This document shows positions 13,141 to 26,160 of a DNA stretch of 64,000 nt, one piece after another. The stretch's first letter is position 1; each line of letters begins with the position of its first letter. The DNA is from Azolla caroliniana. Taxonomy: Eukaryota; Plantae; Polypodiophyta. The notes beneath the pieces are model-generated. The model was not told the DNA's origin and did no database searches. It worked only from the letters and a program-made list of their open reading frames with translations. A program made the position numbers and the translations under genes. The DNA is taken from contig JBHGNT010000002.1 in the NCBI GenBank assembly GCA_043228905.1, forward strand, positions 2,604,001-2,668,000, written 5' to 3'.

Positions 13141-15103
13141 GTTGGCATAAAAGGCTGACTCCTTCCACTTTGTACCTTAGTGTGAACACGTCCAAATAGT
13201 TAGGGCTTAGTATATAAGCTCTAACCTAACATTGTAATGTTAATCATCCTTCTTGTATCTTGAGTCTCTAAGAGTGTAAGAGTTACAGAATAACGAGAGC
13301 TTCCATTAGAGCTTGAAGTGTGTCTACCTTTCACATTATGGTATTTTTTGTTGGGAGATTATAGCAATCAATGTGATGGTTCCTATTGATTGTTGGTTGT
13401 CTACATAATGATTCAACATAACAAGAACGAGTGGATGAGTTTGGTTGTCTAAAGAGTTTTGAAGTGAGAGCTTTCAAACCTACACTTGAACATCTTGATT
13501 ATAGTAATATTTTGTCCTAGGACTAGATCATCTTGGGAAGAGAATATAATTACCAATCATAATTATCGATTAGTACGATCCATAGTATAGTTAGAATTCA
13601 TCATACTTGTGATTAATCAACTAGATGAAAAAAACAAAAAAATAAACACTAAAAAAAGTGACTAATACTGCTCACTAATCACGAAATATCAATGTAAATC
13701 ACAATGAAAAAAAACAAGCAAAATAAATAAATAATTTAGCGACTTACGGTTGGAGATTGTTCTTCCTCATCTCCTTAACCTAAGCACAAATCCAAGTATG
13801 GCTCACACCCCTTTTTAGTCCCCCTTTAAAGCTTTCACACATTAGGAAATTTTTTAACTTAATATTTGGCCATTTAAGCTTTTGTAATGTTCCAAAATAA
13901 TTCATTTTCAACTAATAAGAAAGAGCCTTGCAATAGGGATCTTTTCAAGTTTTCTTTTTTAAGCAAAAGTTTATAGCTATGATAAAATAGATCCAAATTA
14001 TTCATTTTAGTACTCTATAATCTTATCACCAAGATCTTTCAAATAATAATAAATTTATAGGGTTTTACGAATATCATGTTGAATCTTTAAACAAACCCCA
14101 CTTTTGAGTGCAAATATTATCTCCTATACAATGGTAATAACTTTTTCCTTATCACAACGCACAAAAAACTCATTTTCCATATATAAATTTGTTTGTATAT
14201 ATGAATGTATGTAGAGATATGTATATATATAGAGTTTAGATAGAGAGAGAGAATTCCACAACTCATAGCAATCTTTTAAAATGAAATTCTAAAATCTTGC
14301 ATAACCTTACGATCTGAAAATTATGTGGTGTTGAAGTCCTACTAATGCTTTCACTACTCACATTCATTTTGTGGAGTTGATTGTGGTTCATCATAAAGTT
14401 CACATGATTAACGTTTTGGCCTTACAAGCCATGTCTAACTTGTCATAATGGTATGTCATCCAAAAAATTGGTTGACTTATCTAGCATAGCAAACCCATGG
14501 CCCATATAGATGACCTTTGAATGTTCCTTCTTGTTGTTTTCGTACTTATAAGGTTTGAAGTTGTAGAAAGTGGATCTAAGTTGTTGACTTCTCTAACTGT
14601 GCAAACGCAAGGCCATATATTACCTTTGAATGTTTCGTCACAATTTTTTTGCACTTCTCAAGGTTTTGAGTCATAGAAAGTGGATTAAGAAGTAAAGACT
14701 ATTAGTTTCCTTGACTAAGAACATAATTCCTTTTAGGTCTTGTAGGAACTTCGATTTTATGATTTATTTCCACCACTTCTAGCACATATTAACGGAAATG
14801 TAAATTGGTTTCTTTATACTCAACAATGGAAATTGACCCTTAACATTCTCTTTTTTCTTGAAGTTAATGAAACATACAAAAGTGCATCACCGATCCTTTT
14901 GAGGCCTAATCACTAATTTATAGAAGGTGCATACATTGGGCGAGACCATGGATATGCTAACAAAGGCTCTTTCCAGTGTCCTCTTCCAACAAGATGGGAG
15001 ATATACATTGTTCTCTATACATTAGTATAATAAAGTGGCAAAACTAGTTCACCAAGATACACAATTCGTTAGATTTCTCCAAACCATGTTAGTCTTAGAA
15101 TGA

Positions 15104-16137
15104 TGTCGCGATAATGCACATGCATGTACTACTCGAGCAGGACCATAGGGGGTCTTGGACTGGGGAGGTCACAAGGGTTGAGAAGGCGTGGACGATAAGT
15201 CCTGGACTCAAAAGATTGTCAAACTCAAAGGGAGCCTTGACTCGAAGGAATGCTGAGTCGAACAAAGCTTAGAGTCGAAGGGAGCCTAGAGTCAAAGGGA
15301 TCCCAAGGTTAAAAGGTGCCCAATGTCAAGGGGAGCCCAAAGTTAGAAGGGAAAGAAGGTCTTGTACTTTCCTCTCTCTCTCTCTCTTGCAAGTAAATTG
15401 CCACACGAGTTTAGAGTAGGAATGAACTATTAACAAATGGACGCAAGATTAAGGATCAAGGAACGAGATTAAGAAAGCGGCGCTTTAACTTAGGTCAAGA
15501 ATGTTCGATTAAACAAGAAAAACCCTTTTATCATTTTACTAGGGTGTACAATAGTTTGTGCGGGCTAATACAACAGTGGTGGAAACGCCTACTAACTAAG
15601 CAGCAAAGAGAAGAAGGAAAGGGTAGGAGAGGAGGAATTAATCTTTTAGTGAAAACGTCGAGATGAGTGGACGGCCAAGACCACAACTACCGTCCATGGC
15701 GCCACCATGCCACGAGTCGAGGTAGAGTTCTCAAGCCACTTTGTTCTATCTCTAAGCGACTATCGTACGAGCTTGGTAATCCACTCCTTGAAGCTTCTCC
15801 AAATGTTGAACACAAGAGATGGTGAAGAGCAACTCCCTATATAAAAAAAAACACAAAAGAGCTCACAGAACACTAAAACACCAAAAATCCCCCTAGGAGG
15901 CAAAACGTGCCCTCTGCCCCTCCTTTTATAGGAAGAGCGTGCTCCCTTTCCATTCAATTGTTTTCCTTAATTCGTGCCGCACTAACAAGTCCATTATTCC
16001 CTTCAAATTCCTCTACAAAAACTTTGCCCCTTTTTCTTTTTTTCTCTCTTACGTTTTCTTTTTTCCTTTTTTCCATCTCTCTCCCTCTTTCTCCACAAAC
16101 TTCCACCTTTTACCTTTTGCCGCACCACATCACGACA
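15104..16137 (-). mobile_element. Solo LTR, Ty3/gypsy 4-bp-TSD lineage
   Basis: TGTCGCG...GGGGGTCTTGGACT... ending TCACGACA, like the LTRs at 30769 and 41892. Internal ~20-bp repeats at 15220-15350. Confidence 0.75.
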
Positions 16138-16405
16138 AGATTTCTTTGTAATAAATGTACACTATGAGAATGGGTGGAAAGCCTGGTTTCCTAGTCCAAT
16201 GTGAAACCTTCAACCCAATGCTAGTATTATAAGAATATTTGTGTGTATAGAAATATTGTAACGGTCACAACGACAAGATTTCTTTGTAATAAATGTACAC
16301 TATGAGAATGGGTGGAAATCCTGGTTTCCTAGTCCAATGTGAAACCTTCAACCCAATGCTAGTATTATAAGAATATTTGTGTGTATAGAAATATTGTAAC
16401 GGTCT
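16132..16405. repeat. 138-bp tandem duplication
   Basis: ACGACAAGATTTCTTTG...GTAACGGTC occurs at 16132 and 16270. Confidence 0.95.
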
Positions 16406-17087
16406 CTCCATATTTTGGTGTAGAATCTCCTTAAAGTCTGCATCTTCTTGTCTATTACCTTGTTGGGAAAATATTGGAGTGTGGGATGAGTCACGAGGAG
16501 ATACGCAAGTGGCGATGGAATAGAGGATTCGGAAGTCAAGATTTTGGGGTTGATTGGTACGGGTGATTGTGGGATAATGGGGAAAGTTCAATTAAGGGGT
16601 GGGTTTTCGCAAGGGGGTTGTCGTTGTCATGGAAATATGCATGTGCATTCACATATTTAGAGGGATCGGGGAACCTAAACTAGGGAAGATGACTTTGACA
16701 ATTGCATTCTTAGTGAAGGGTTACATTAGATTATAGTTATCATGGCACATTTTCAGCCTTCTTCGAGTTGAGCTTCTCATTCGAATTCACATGGAACTCC
16801 CTGTGAAAGGCACTAAGTGTGTAGGGAATATGTTTGTATTTGGTGACTACACGCACCAAAACACTCTTTTAAAACCTTTTCTTCCATTTGCATGAGAAAG
16901 GTATGTCTAATTTTGCACGCGTTACATAAATGCATGATTTTGTTGTAACGAGCTTACGCTCATGTGAATGTTCACATATGATGTGAAATTACATGCGTGT
17001 GTCTTTTTCATTTACATGTTTTTGAGTTCATTCTTGATCTTGTATAAATATGTGGGTATTTGTGTTAATGTGTAATCATGTGTATTT

Positions 17088-17126
<39 letters not shown>

Positions 17127-17204
17127 TGTACATGTGTGCATCAAGAAAATTTATCTGTGCATTTTTACTATATGTAATTGTATGTGTTTGTATTATATGT
17201 AATT

Positions 17205-19045
17205 GTATTTATTTATTTTCCAAAAATTTACTACTTCCATTAGTTAAGTCAATGTACATAGGATATTATACAACATCTCATATCGTACAACTTGCATGGC
17301 TACAAAGAAACAAGCATGTACAAAGGAATCAACAAAAAAATAAGCTAATAATCACCACATCAAGAGGGATGAACAAAGAGGGATGAGCAACCTTCTTGCC
17401 ATGTATACGAACCACGAAACATATGAGTTCCCCACCAGTCGTTCCACTTGTAGGTGTCATTTACAGGGCACCCTCTCAGTTGTGAGCCACTTCCTACCCT
17501 TGGAAAAAACCAGATCTGGAGTAAAATAGCATGCATCCGATGAGCACGGTATTACTTGACAACACACCCTCAACATCGTGAGCCTCATATGACCCTAATT
17601 CAGCATAGACATCATCCAATCTCCTCGCGTGGTAGTGCCCACCTATTTGCGATGTTTGGTGCACTTGGAGGGAGCAACCACCATGGTAGCTAATAAATCC
17701 ACTTTGCATTGTCATCCACCATCTTTAGCATCGGAGAACCTCCCCATTTCAGGAGGAAACGGCCTCTAGCTTCCTAACTCACATTTGAGGTCCCCGAAAT
17801 GCTTTCAAACTCTCCTTGTAACATATAAATAAGATTAAACCAAATCATCATTAATCTCTTAGCCGGTGGGGTTCGCTTACCCATGAAAGACTCCTTTCAT
17901 CTATATATGCACACTTGCCAAACTATAATGCTCGCTGCTAATAACCAAATGTCCACATGTCGTTCCTACATGTTGAATAAACCCCCCTGTGCTATAGGTT
18001 GTATAGTTCCCTGTGCCACCTTTAAAAAATGACTATTTCCATTCCACGCATGAAACTACGTTGCCGATTCAGTAGCCAACCAGATATTTGTTGCGCTCGA
18101 TACATGTACATCAACCCCACACCGAGCCAAGATTCTTAAGCTCATCGTCCAAACTTCTTGGGCACATGGGCAACTCCACAAATAGTGTGCGATGTCCTCC
18201 AAACTCGCTCTGTAGGCCTTGCAATCGCTCATGCTACCCCTTTTCACAAGCCACTCTCCTGGTTGAACAGCCCGATGGGTGGTTAACTAGAAAAACACTT
18301 TGACCCTCTAGAGGAGGGATGAGTTCCATATCCTCCTCCTGGTTCTATCCACAAAGATCGTATCAACAACTACATGGGCCCATTTGTTGGTGCACTTCTC
18401 ACGTTGCATGCATAACTTTCTCACCAAGCACATTGAGTACTCGAAGAAACCTATTGATTTATCTTGTTCTCCCATCCACTTGTATTTTGTAGGATCCCAT
18501 TCTAAACACTCAAGCGGCTTGCCTCCAACCACGTACAAGATCCAGTCCTCAACCTCGTCGACTGGTGGATTCACCTTCCATTTCTTACTGTCTCATGCCA
18601 CGATTCTAATCGGGGACTAGTGTGCACCATCATTTATTGATCCCAACTGGATTATCTTACCGTTCTTTCCTTGTCATCACATTGTCTGGTCCATTCACCC
18701 TCTTCCCCGTTACTGATAGGAATAGAGTATACAGTTGTATTGACAAGGTCAAGCATCTTCCTATTGTTTCTGAATGTTCCCAAGTCTTCATATCGTTTAT
18801 CGCGATCACTAGTTGACAACCGCATTCAATCTACCACTGATTGAATCCTTGCACAATACAATCTAGCCCACAATAGACCCTTGCTCGGTCCAAGCATCTT
18901 TCCCTCCGTCATCTTTAAGCTCTCGTTCCACAGTAGGGGTTGGTGCATCCATTCAGCATTAGTAATCGGTCTTATTCGACTTAGATGCCTACGAAGTGTA
19001 CTCCACACCTTCATCATTGACATATTTGTTCGGGAGGCTATACTT
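17205..19045 (-). mobile_element. 5'-truncated degenerate L1-like LINE (ORF2 C-terminus and 3' UTR)
   Basis: QPLLWNE, LEWDPTKYKW and CKAY..LEDIAHYLWSCPCAQEVW parallel the C-terminus of the LINE at 3975-9157. Confidence 0.75.
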
Positions 19046-19299
19046 TGGAAATAGTATGTATTTATGTGTTTGGCATGTGTGAAGTGAGGGGTATTTTGGG
19101 GAACATAAGGTTCCCCCTCTTCTTTCTCTTTGGATAGTTCTTGGGCGAAAGGAACATTTTTATAAAATGGAGATTATAATTTATTAGTGTAAAACCTAGG
19201 CTTCAGGTTGGTAGTGGCAGTTGTACACTCAACCGTGTACATCATTCATCAACAATGACATGTAATTACGACAATAATGATAATTTAGGTCACACATTG

Positions 19300-20000
19300 G
19301 CCTAAATTTAGGGCTTATGGATGATTGTAATTCCTAGGTTTAGAATTAGGTCCTAGAGAAATCTAGGCATAACTTTTGCTTTGATACTTGGATTTCCAAA
19401 ACAAGCATTTTTCCATAAACCTCCTAAGAGTGGATTGGCCAAAGAGTACTAATAACTTGGAAGTGTTGATTCAAATCTTGCCTCCCACAAAAATAACCAA
19501 TATAAATGAAACTTTCCACCTAGTGCTCAAGAATTTTCAAGTTGAAATCATCATTACCTTAAAAAAACCATTATCCACTTTCAATTGGCACCAAACTTGC
19601 TTAAATGTAGTTCTTTTATAGCTATGTTATAGTCTACTGACATCGTGATCTCTATAATTATTGAAAGTTTGCTCCTTGGTACAACGTCAAAGGCTTTCTT
19701 AAAGTGCACAAAACAACAATAAAGTGTTTTCCCCTGAAATAAACTTCTTCTATATTTACTCTTTTCGTAACCAATGGTTGGTACTAGAATGTTTTGGTTC
19801 AATGTCTGCTTTACCAAGAGCTCATTTATAATGACGTTAAGACCTAAGCTAACATTTGTTCCATGATAGTGCTACATAACTTGGCCATAACCAAGCTAAC
19901 CATGATAGTTTGATAGTTGGATAAATTTTTATCTCGTCCTTTGTGTATTTGTTTAATCCAGCTCATGAGACAATATTTTAGAAGACATTGATAGATAGAT
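19300..20000 (-). mobile_element. RTE-like LINE RT fragment
   Basis: LYCCFVHFKKAFDVVPRSKL, a degenerate FVDFKKAFD motif. Confidence 0.65.
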
Positions 20001-22511
20001 AACTTGATCCATGATAGAACTGTTATCCATTGGCAAGATTATGCTCTTGTCCATTTCAAGAGCCCACTTATCCATGATGCTTGAGTATGAGTGCATGTGT
20101 AATCATGTACATAACATGCATGTGTTTGTGTCAAACTTAGAGTGCACGTGAAAAATCGTAAGTGCAGTTGATGTGCTTTTGTGTGTGCTTTTGCACATGT
20201 GCACGTTGTCGTGGTATTTTGCGCGGATGCGTGGAAACAGGGCAGGACCACGGGGGTCTTGAACCAGGGAATCGAGAAAAGAGGAAGGGGCCCGCACATC
20301 ACGTACACACAAACACCGCGAACCAACAAAGAGGAGTAGGAAGGAGGTGATCATAGGTGTCGAACTCAATGTAGTACGAGAGAATGGCAACACAAGAATG
20401 ACACATTAGAAAGACAACGCAAACAACAGAATATGTTATCACTGGTAGTTAGGACGCATGCGTGAAGCGCAGGGCATACAACCAGTCAGAGCCGGGAATA
20501 GAGCTTCGAGCTCTAGAACAAACACAGGAAAAAGAGTGTGGGGGCGTCTTATACGAGCCGAGGGTTCCTTCTAGAGATTGGTCGTAGAGGTCCCAGAGAG
20601 AATGGATGAGCGAGCTCCTTCCCCCTGTTCGGCAGCGTCCTCTGCTTTTTAAGAAAGAAGAGAGAAAAAAACAGCAACCCCCAAACATTCTGAGGCCGCC
20701 TCTTTTATAGTCGTTACACCCAGTTTAATGACCCCTCGATATTCTCTCCTTTCTTTCTGCGCCCCTACCCACACGACATTAAATCCCCTAAAAGTGCATA
20801 ACTTCCTAATAATCTACAAAACCTACCGACACCTAGTACTTACACAAGTTAGTACAAAAAGGAGGTGCACTTGTGCACACCCGCGTTCCCATGCTTTTGA
20901 CGACGTTTCCCTCGATGGCCTGGAATCTTCACGACGTCCACCCCCACCAAACCGCACATCCTCTGTTATGTGCTAGGTAGCGACTTTAGTGGAAGATTCC
21001 AGAGCCAGCCGTTACTCGTCCTCTCGGTCTGAATTATCGCTTTCGATTACCATCGTCGGGTCCGGTTCTGCTTCGTTCCGCCTTTTGAAGGCCTTTATCT
21101 GCTTCCCTACTACCGTTGTCGTCATCCGGGTTCCGTCGAGTTCCACAAGATGGTATGTCACGTTGTCGTTTGCGCAAGTCGCCACGTACGACCCGAACCA
21201 CCGTTTTGCGATCTTACGCGTAGACCGATGTTGGTTGTTGAGATTGTTGTCGTAGACCAGAACCCAATCGCCTTCCTTGATCTTCTTTGGCCGGAGTCGG
21301 TGCGCCCGGTCAAACCTGGCCTTATTTCTACTCCGTGCCTCTTTTACCCTCGTTGTCGCCCATTCCACGTCTTCCGAAGGCCTCGAGTTGTCGGATGCGT
21401 GCCGCCAACAATTCTTCTCGGCTCATTTCATCGGCCCAATTTACCGCCATCTAGGAGGTAAATGTTCGTTCCACCGGCATGATGGGTTTCTGCCCGAACA
21501 TGAGCTCCACAGGCATGTACCCGGTCACTGAACTGTGGGTAGTCCGGTTCGCCCATAGTGCATAAGGGAGTAGTCTCAACTAGTTGCCGACTCGTCCTTC
21601 ACATGCGCATACTATGGCCTTTATGATCGGTCCATGACCCTGCTCGACCTTCCCGTTTGCTTCTAGGTTGTACGCCATTGTGAGGGTCAACTTTACCCCT
21701 AGTCGGTCAAACAGTTCCTTGGCCTCCTCCGCATCCAACTCTCCTCGATCGGCAACAATCTTTCCTACGCACCCGTACCGGCAGACGACATCTTCAATCA
21801 GAAACTTACACACGGTTGCGGTGGTCTTGTTTGTCAACGCTCGGCCCTCCACCTAGTTTGTCAAATCTTCCCTTGCCAGCACCAGGTATCGCATCTATCC
21901 TACTCCCATCAGCATCGTCACCAAGTCGACCATCCACTTGAAGTGTATGGCCGGCGGGTAAGTCAGGTGCAGCTCGTCGCGGTGTCGAACCATTGAGTGC
22001 ATATGGTAGCTCTCACATGTCGACACGAAGTGGTGTACGCCTTTATACATTCCCAGCCACTAGTACTTATCCTTTAGCTTGTCGAACGTGGCCCATGTAC
22101 CCCGATGCCTGGACCAAGGGCTTTCGTGGAACTCTGATATCAGCTTCGCTTGATCCTCGGTTTGCGTTACTACCCAGAGTGGTGCGTCGTTGCGCTTCTT
22201 TGGATGCGTCCAAATTTTTCCGTTACGCCCTCGTCCGGAGTTGACTCGCTTCCTCCCTTGTCCATTATGCGTCCACCATCATCATTCTTAGGAACCTTCT
22301 AATTAGAATCCACTCGTCCCTGTTGTACTCGTCCTCGTTGAACTCGTTCAGGAGCGGAGTGCTTCGATTATTTACCTTCATCCGTGTTGATTTGAAGAAG
22401 TTCGCACCGACCTCTTCGTCTTCCGACACCATGACGTCCTCATTCTCAAACCTCGCTCTAGAAAGCATATTGGCCATGGTGTTGTCTTTTCCCGAAATGT
22501 GCCGCATTTTG

Positions 22512-22932
22512 AATTACTCACACGCTCTTGTCTACGTCTTTGTCAAGTGTGGCACAACTTTCCTTTTTCCTTCATGTCTCTCACGCTGAGTTTCAAAATT
22601 AGGATTTTTCAATTCCATATCATAGGCTGCTTCGTTAGCTTCGATTCCCATGTTTGAACACAAAAATCCAATATCACACGAGCCAGCTATGAACATTTTC
22701 ATTTATTCACGCGCTCTTGTCTACGCCCTTGTCAAGTGTGGCACAACTTTGCTTTTTTCTTCATGTATCTCGACCTGAGTTTCAAAATCATGAATTTTCA
22801 ATTCTATATCATAGACTGCTTCGTTAGCTATGATTCTCATGTTTGAACACAAAAATCCGATATCACACGAGCCAACTATGAACTTCTTCATTTACTCAGG
22901 TGCTCTTGTCTACGCCCTCCTCAAGTGTGGCA
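22512..22932. repeat. 189-bp satellite array, left part (~2.2 units)
   Basis: TCAAGTGTGGCAC at 22543, 22732 and 22921 (period 189). Confidence 0.95.
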
Positions 22933-23094
22933 CCCGGGGGCTTCACTGTGAAAACTTGTATGATAGCACGTGAGTTCATCAAAAGGGGTTTAAATTAACC
23001 ATTGAGATACATAATGTATATATATAAGGGTATTAACAAATGCATAAAAAATATATTTACATAAGGGTATTATCAATTATGTTATAGAAAAAAA

Positions 23095-23700
23095 TTACAT
23101 AAGCCCAAGAAATATTAGATATTTCAATGAGATAATAAAGAATATATTGTGCAAACAATAGTCAAATTTGGAGTGGCATACATACATGCATACATATACA
23201 TGCATACATGCATATATGTACCTACATTTAAACATTACATCCATAAATATGTATATACATACATTACACCCATTTATACATGCATATTGACTAAACATGA
23301 ATATATATACAAATATATATTATAATATGTAGATATGTACATACACATACATAAATACAAATATGTAAATGCATACATGCTACATACATATTATAATAAG
23401 CCCATGAAATATTAGATATTTCAATGAGATAATAAAGAATATATTGTGCAAACAATAGTCAAATTTGGAGTGGCATACATACATACATACATATACATGC
23501 ATACATGCATATATGTACCTACATTTAAACATTACATCCATAAATATGTATATACATACATTACACCCATTTATACATGCATACTGACTAAACATGAATA
23601 TGTATAGAAATATATATTACCATATGTAGATATGTACATACACATACATAAATACAAATATGTAAATGCATACATGCTACATACATATTATAATAAGCCA
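23095..23700. repeat. 297-bp tandem duplication in the CA/TA-rich arm
   Basis: Near-identical blocks offset by 297 bp (minus-strand ORFs starting at 23298 and 23595). Confidence 0.9.
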
Positions 23701-24369
23701 TATGTATTGACAAATGTTAATACATGCATAAAAATTTCATATTACATATCATATGATCCATTCATATTACACAATATACAAATTTACATACACTGCATTA
23801 CATACATACATATACATACATACATACATACATATACGCATGCTTACACATACATTGGATAATATATGCATACGTATTATGTGATATTGCAAACATACAT
23901 TCATATATGAGCCATACACATACTAAACACGATAAATACACTGAAAATATACATACATGTATACACATATATGCATTCGTACATGGGCATACATATATTC
24001 ATTCATACACTGCTAGACGTATATAGGTACACATGCCTACAATGATACTTGTATAAATGTTACCAACTTACATCCATACATGTACATACATACATGCATG
24101 CATACATGCAATACAATATGTACAAACATACACACATACATACGTGCATATGTGTATATATGTTTGTGGTATGTGTTGTATGTGTGTATGTATATATTGT
24201 ATTGTATGCATGAATAGACACAGATAACACATATACACATACACGCATGACATACATACAATACATACATATGGACATGTAAAGAACATATATACACACA
24301 CATGCCATACATACTATACATTCAACACATGCAATACAACACAATATGGACATACACACACATACATAT

Positions 24370-24630
24370 ATTATACAAATGCAATACAATACATACATAT
24401 GTACATCAATAGAAAACACACATACACACACACACACACATACATATATACACATGATATACAATACATACATATGTACATCAATAGAAAATACACACAC
24501 ACACATATATACTCATGATATACAATACATACATATGTACATCAATAGAAAATACACACACACACATATATACACATGATATACAATACATACATAAGTA
24601 CATCAATAGAAAATACACACACACACACGC
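24370..24630. repeat. ~61-bp minisatellite in (CA/TA)n low-complexity DNA
   Basis: TACATCAATAGAAAA(T/C)ACAC is repeated four times. Confidence 0.85.
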
Positions 24631-25087
24631 ACACACATAACACATACATACATAGACACGTGATATATATACAATGTACATAATAATACATACATACATA
24701 CGTAGAAATATAGAATACACACACACATATAACACATATGTGCATGGACACATGCCATACATACAATACATACATATGCACCTATATAGAACATAAACAC
24801 ACATAGCACATACATACATTTTACATAGTCACATGCCATACATACAACACATTCAACACAATACAATATGTACATACATACACATGCACACATGCCATAC
24901 ATACAATGCACATATACAATAATGCAATTAATACAAAATGATACAATACAATAAAATGCAATACAATACAATAATGCAAAGAGAGAGGGAGGGAGGGAGG
25001 GAGAGAGAGATTCATCTTTGTTAACTTCTTCTCTTCCTTTTTCTCACATAGGAACAAGATAGAGAGAGACAAGGTTTGCTTGTATCT

Positions 25088-25218
25088 ATGGCCGTCTTCA
25101 CCTACATCGGCAGAAGCGGCGGCGGCTCTTGGAGTGTTAAGCAACACCTTGCTTCTGAGGATGGAGGTTGCCTTGAGGGATCCGTTGATTCTTCCTTCAA
25201 TCTTTAGCACTTGCTTAT

Positions 25219-25275
<57 letters not shown>

Positions 25276-25471
25276 CTTACGCTTTTGGATTGGTCTTCCA
25301 GGTAATCATTGGTGGTGGAGGAGGGGCGGCTTTGTGTCTAGTGGAGCAATAACATCGGTTGGGGGTGGGGGAGGGGGTAGTGGTGGTGCTCCTATTGTAG
25401 AAGAGAAAGAAGAAGTAAAAGAGAAACAAGAAGAAAGAGATGATGATATCATATTCTCATTGTTTGATTAC
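25088..25471 (+). pseudogene. RPP3: 60S acidic ribosomal protein P3 pseudogene fragment
   Basis: MAVFTYIGRSGGGSWSVKQH...LEGSVDSSFNL*, then (CT)n, then VFQVIIGGGGG and EEKEEVKEKQEERDDDIIFSLFD. Matches the N-terminus, hinge and acidic tail of plant-specific P3. Confidence 0.8.
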
Positions 25472-25794
25472 AAATCATTAATTCAACTATTAGAGTAGAA
25501 ATAATGTCTTTTTGTTTGCATTTTGTATTCGGCCTTTTTCGACTTTATTGAGTCTAGTTGCTTAGAAAAAGTGGCTATTGGGAATTTATTTATAAGGGTT
25601 TTTTTTTCATGACATGGATGTATGTATGTTTACATTTTGGAGTTATCAATAGTAAGTGAGTTGCTTTGGTTTGAGAGAGAGAGAGAGAGAGGAAAAGAAA
25701 GCAAAGAGAGCAAGAGAGAAGGAGCCATGAGCGTGATCGACCTCTTAGAAGTGGCCCTCCCTTAGCAAGCAAGGATGTGTAGGATGAGCTATAA

Positions 25795-26160
25795 GAAGAC
25801 GAGAATTTATTACCATTAGGATCCAAACCACTTTTTGAGGGTTATTGGTTTAGTACCATATCAATTTTTTACCATATTCATATGTGTGCATGTGTATTTG
25901 CATATGCATGGTTGTGTTTATATGTGTCTATTTGTATGGATGTATGAATGCATGCACACATGCATTGGTAGCATTCCATCTCATGTTCTTTTTTTCCATG
26001 TTAATTTGTGTATTTGCTATTGTCATTTCATAGGCAAGAAGAGTTCTTTTGGTCTTGAGAAGCCTCATGGGGAGCTCATGATGGCGGTGCTTTCTTTAGG
26101 AAGGACCATACCAAGTTCGATTTGAGTAATGCTACATTGTGAGGCACGTTGTGAAGAGTA
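25795..26160 (+). pseudogene. IQ67-domain (IQD) gene fragment with intron
   Basis: EFITIRIQTTF*GLL, then a GT-AG intron at 25848-26033, then ARRVLLVLRSLM. The phase-0 intron position is diagnostic of IQ67 domains. Confidence 0.75.

Larger units (their letters stand above)
14750..16890 (-). pseudogene. Possible En/Spm (CACTA)-like transposase C-terminal remnant, split by a solo LTR
   Basis: Fragments in shifting minus-strand frames: ..RF*KSVLVRVVTKYKHIPYTL; G*RFHIG; STHSHSV; TWFGEI*RIV; FPLLS...KWW. The order resembles the DUF4218/DUF4216 region, but similarity is weak. Confidence 0.3.

Noticed and set aside
13140-13345. Short LTR (TGTTGG...TTCACA) with a partial PBS
   Set aside because: No TSD, and the PBS match is only TGGTAT.
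23095-24971. Many Cys/Tyr/Val/Met-rich ORFs
   Set aside because: Translations of CA/TA low-complexity DNA.
24821-25210. Minus-strand 129-aa ORF
   Set aside because: Antisense shadow of the RPP3 fragment plus microsatellite.
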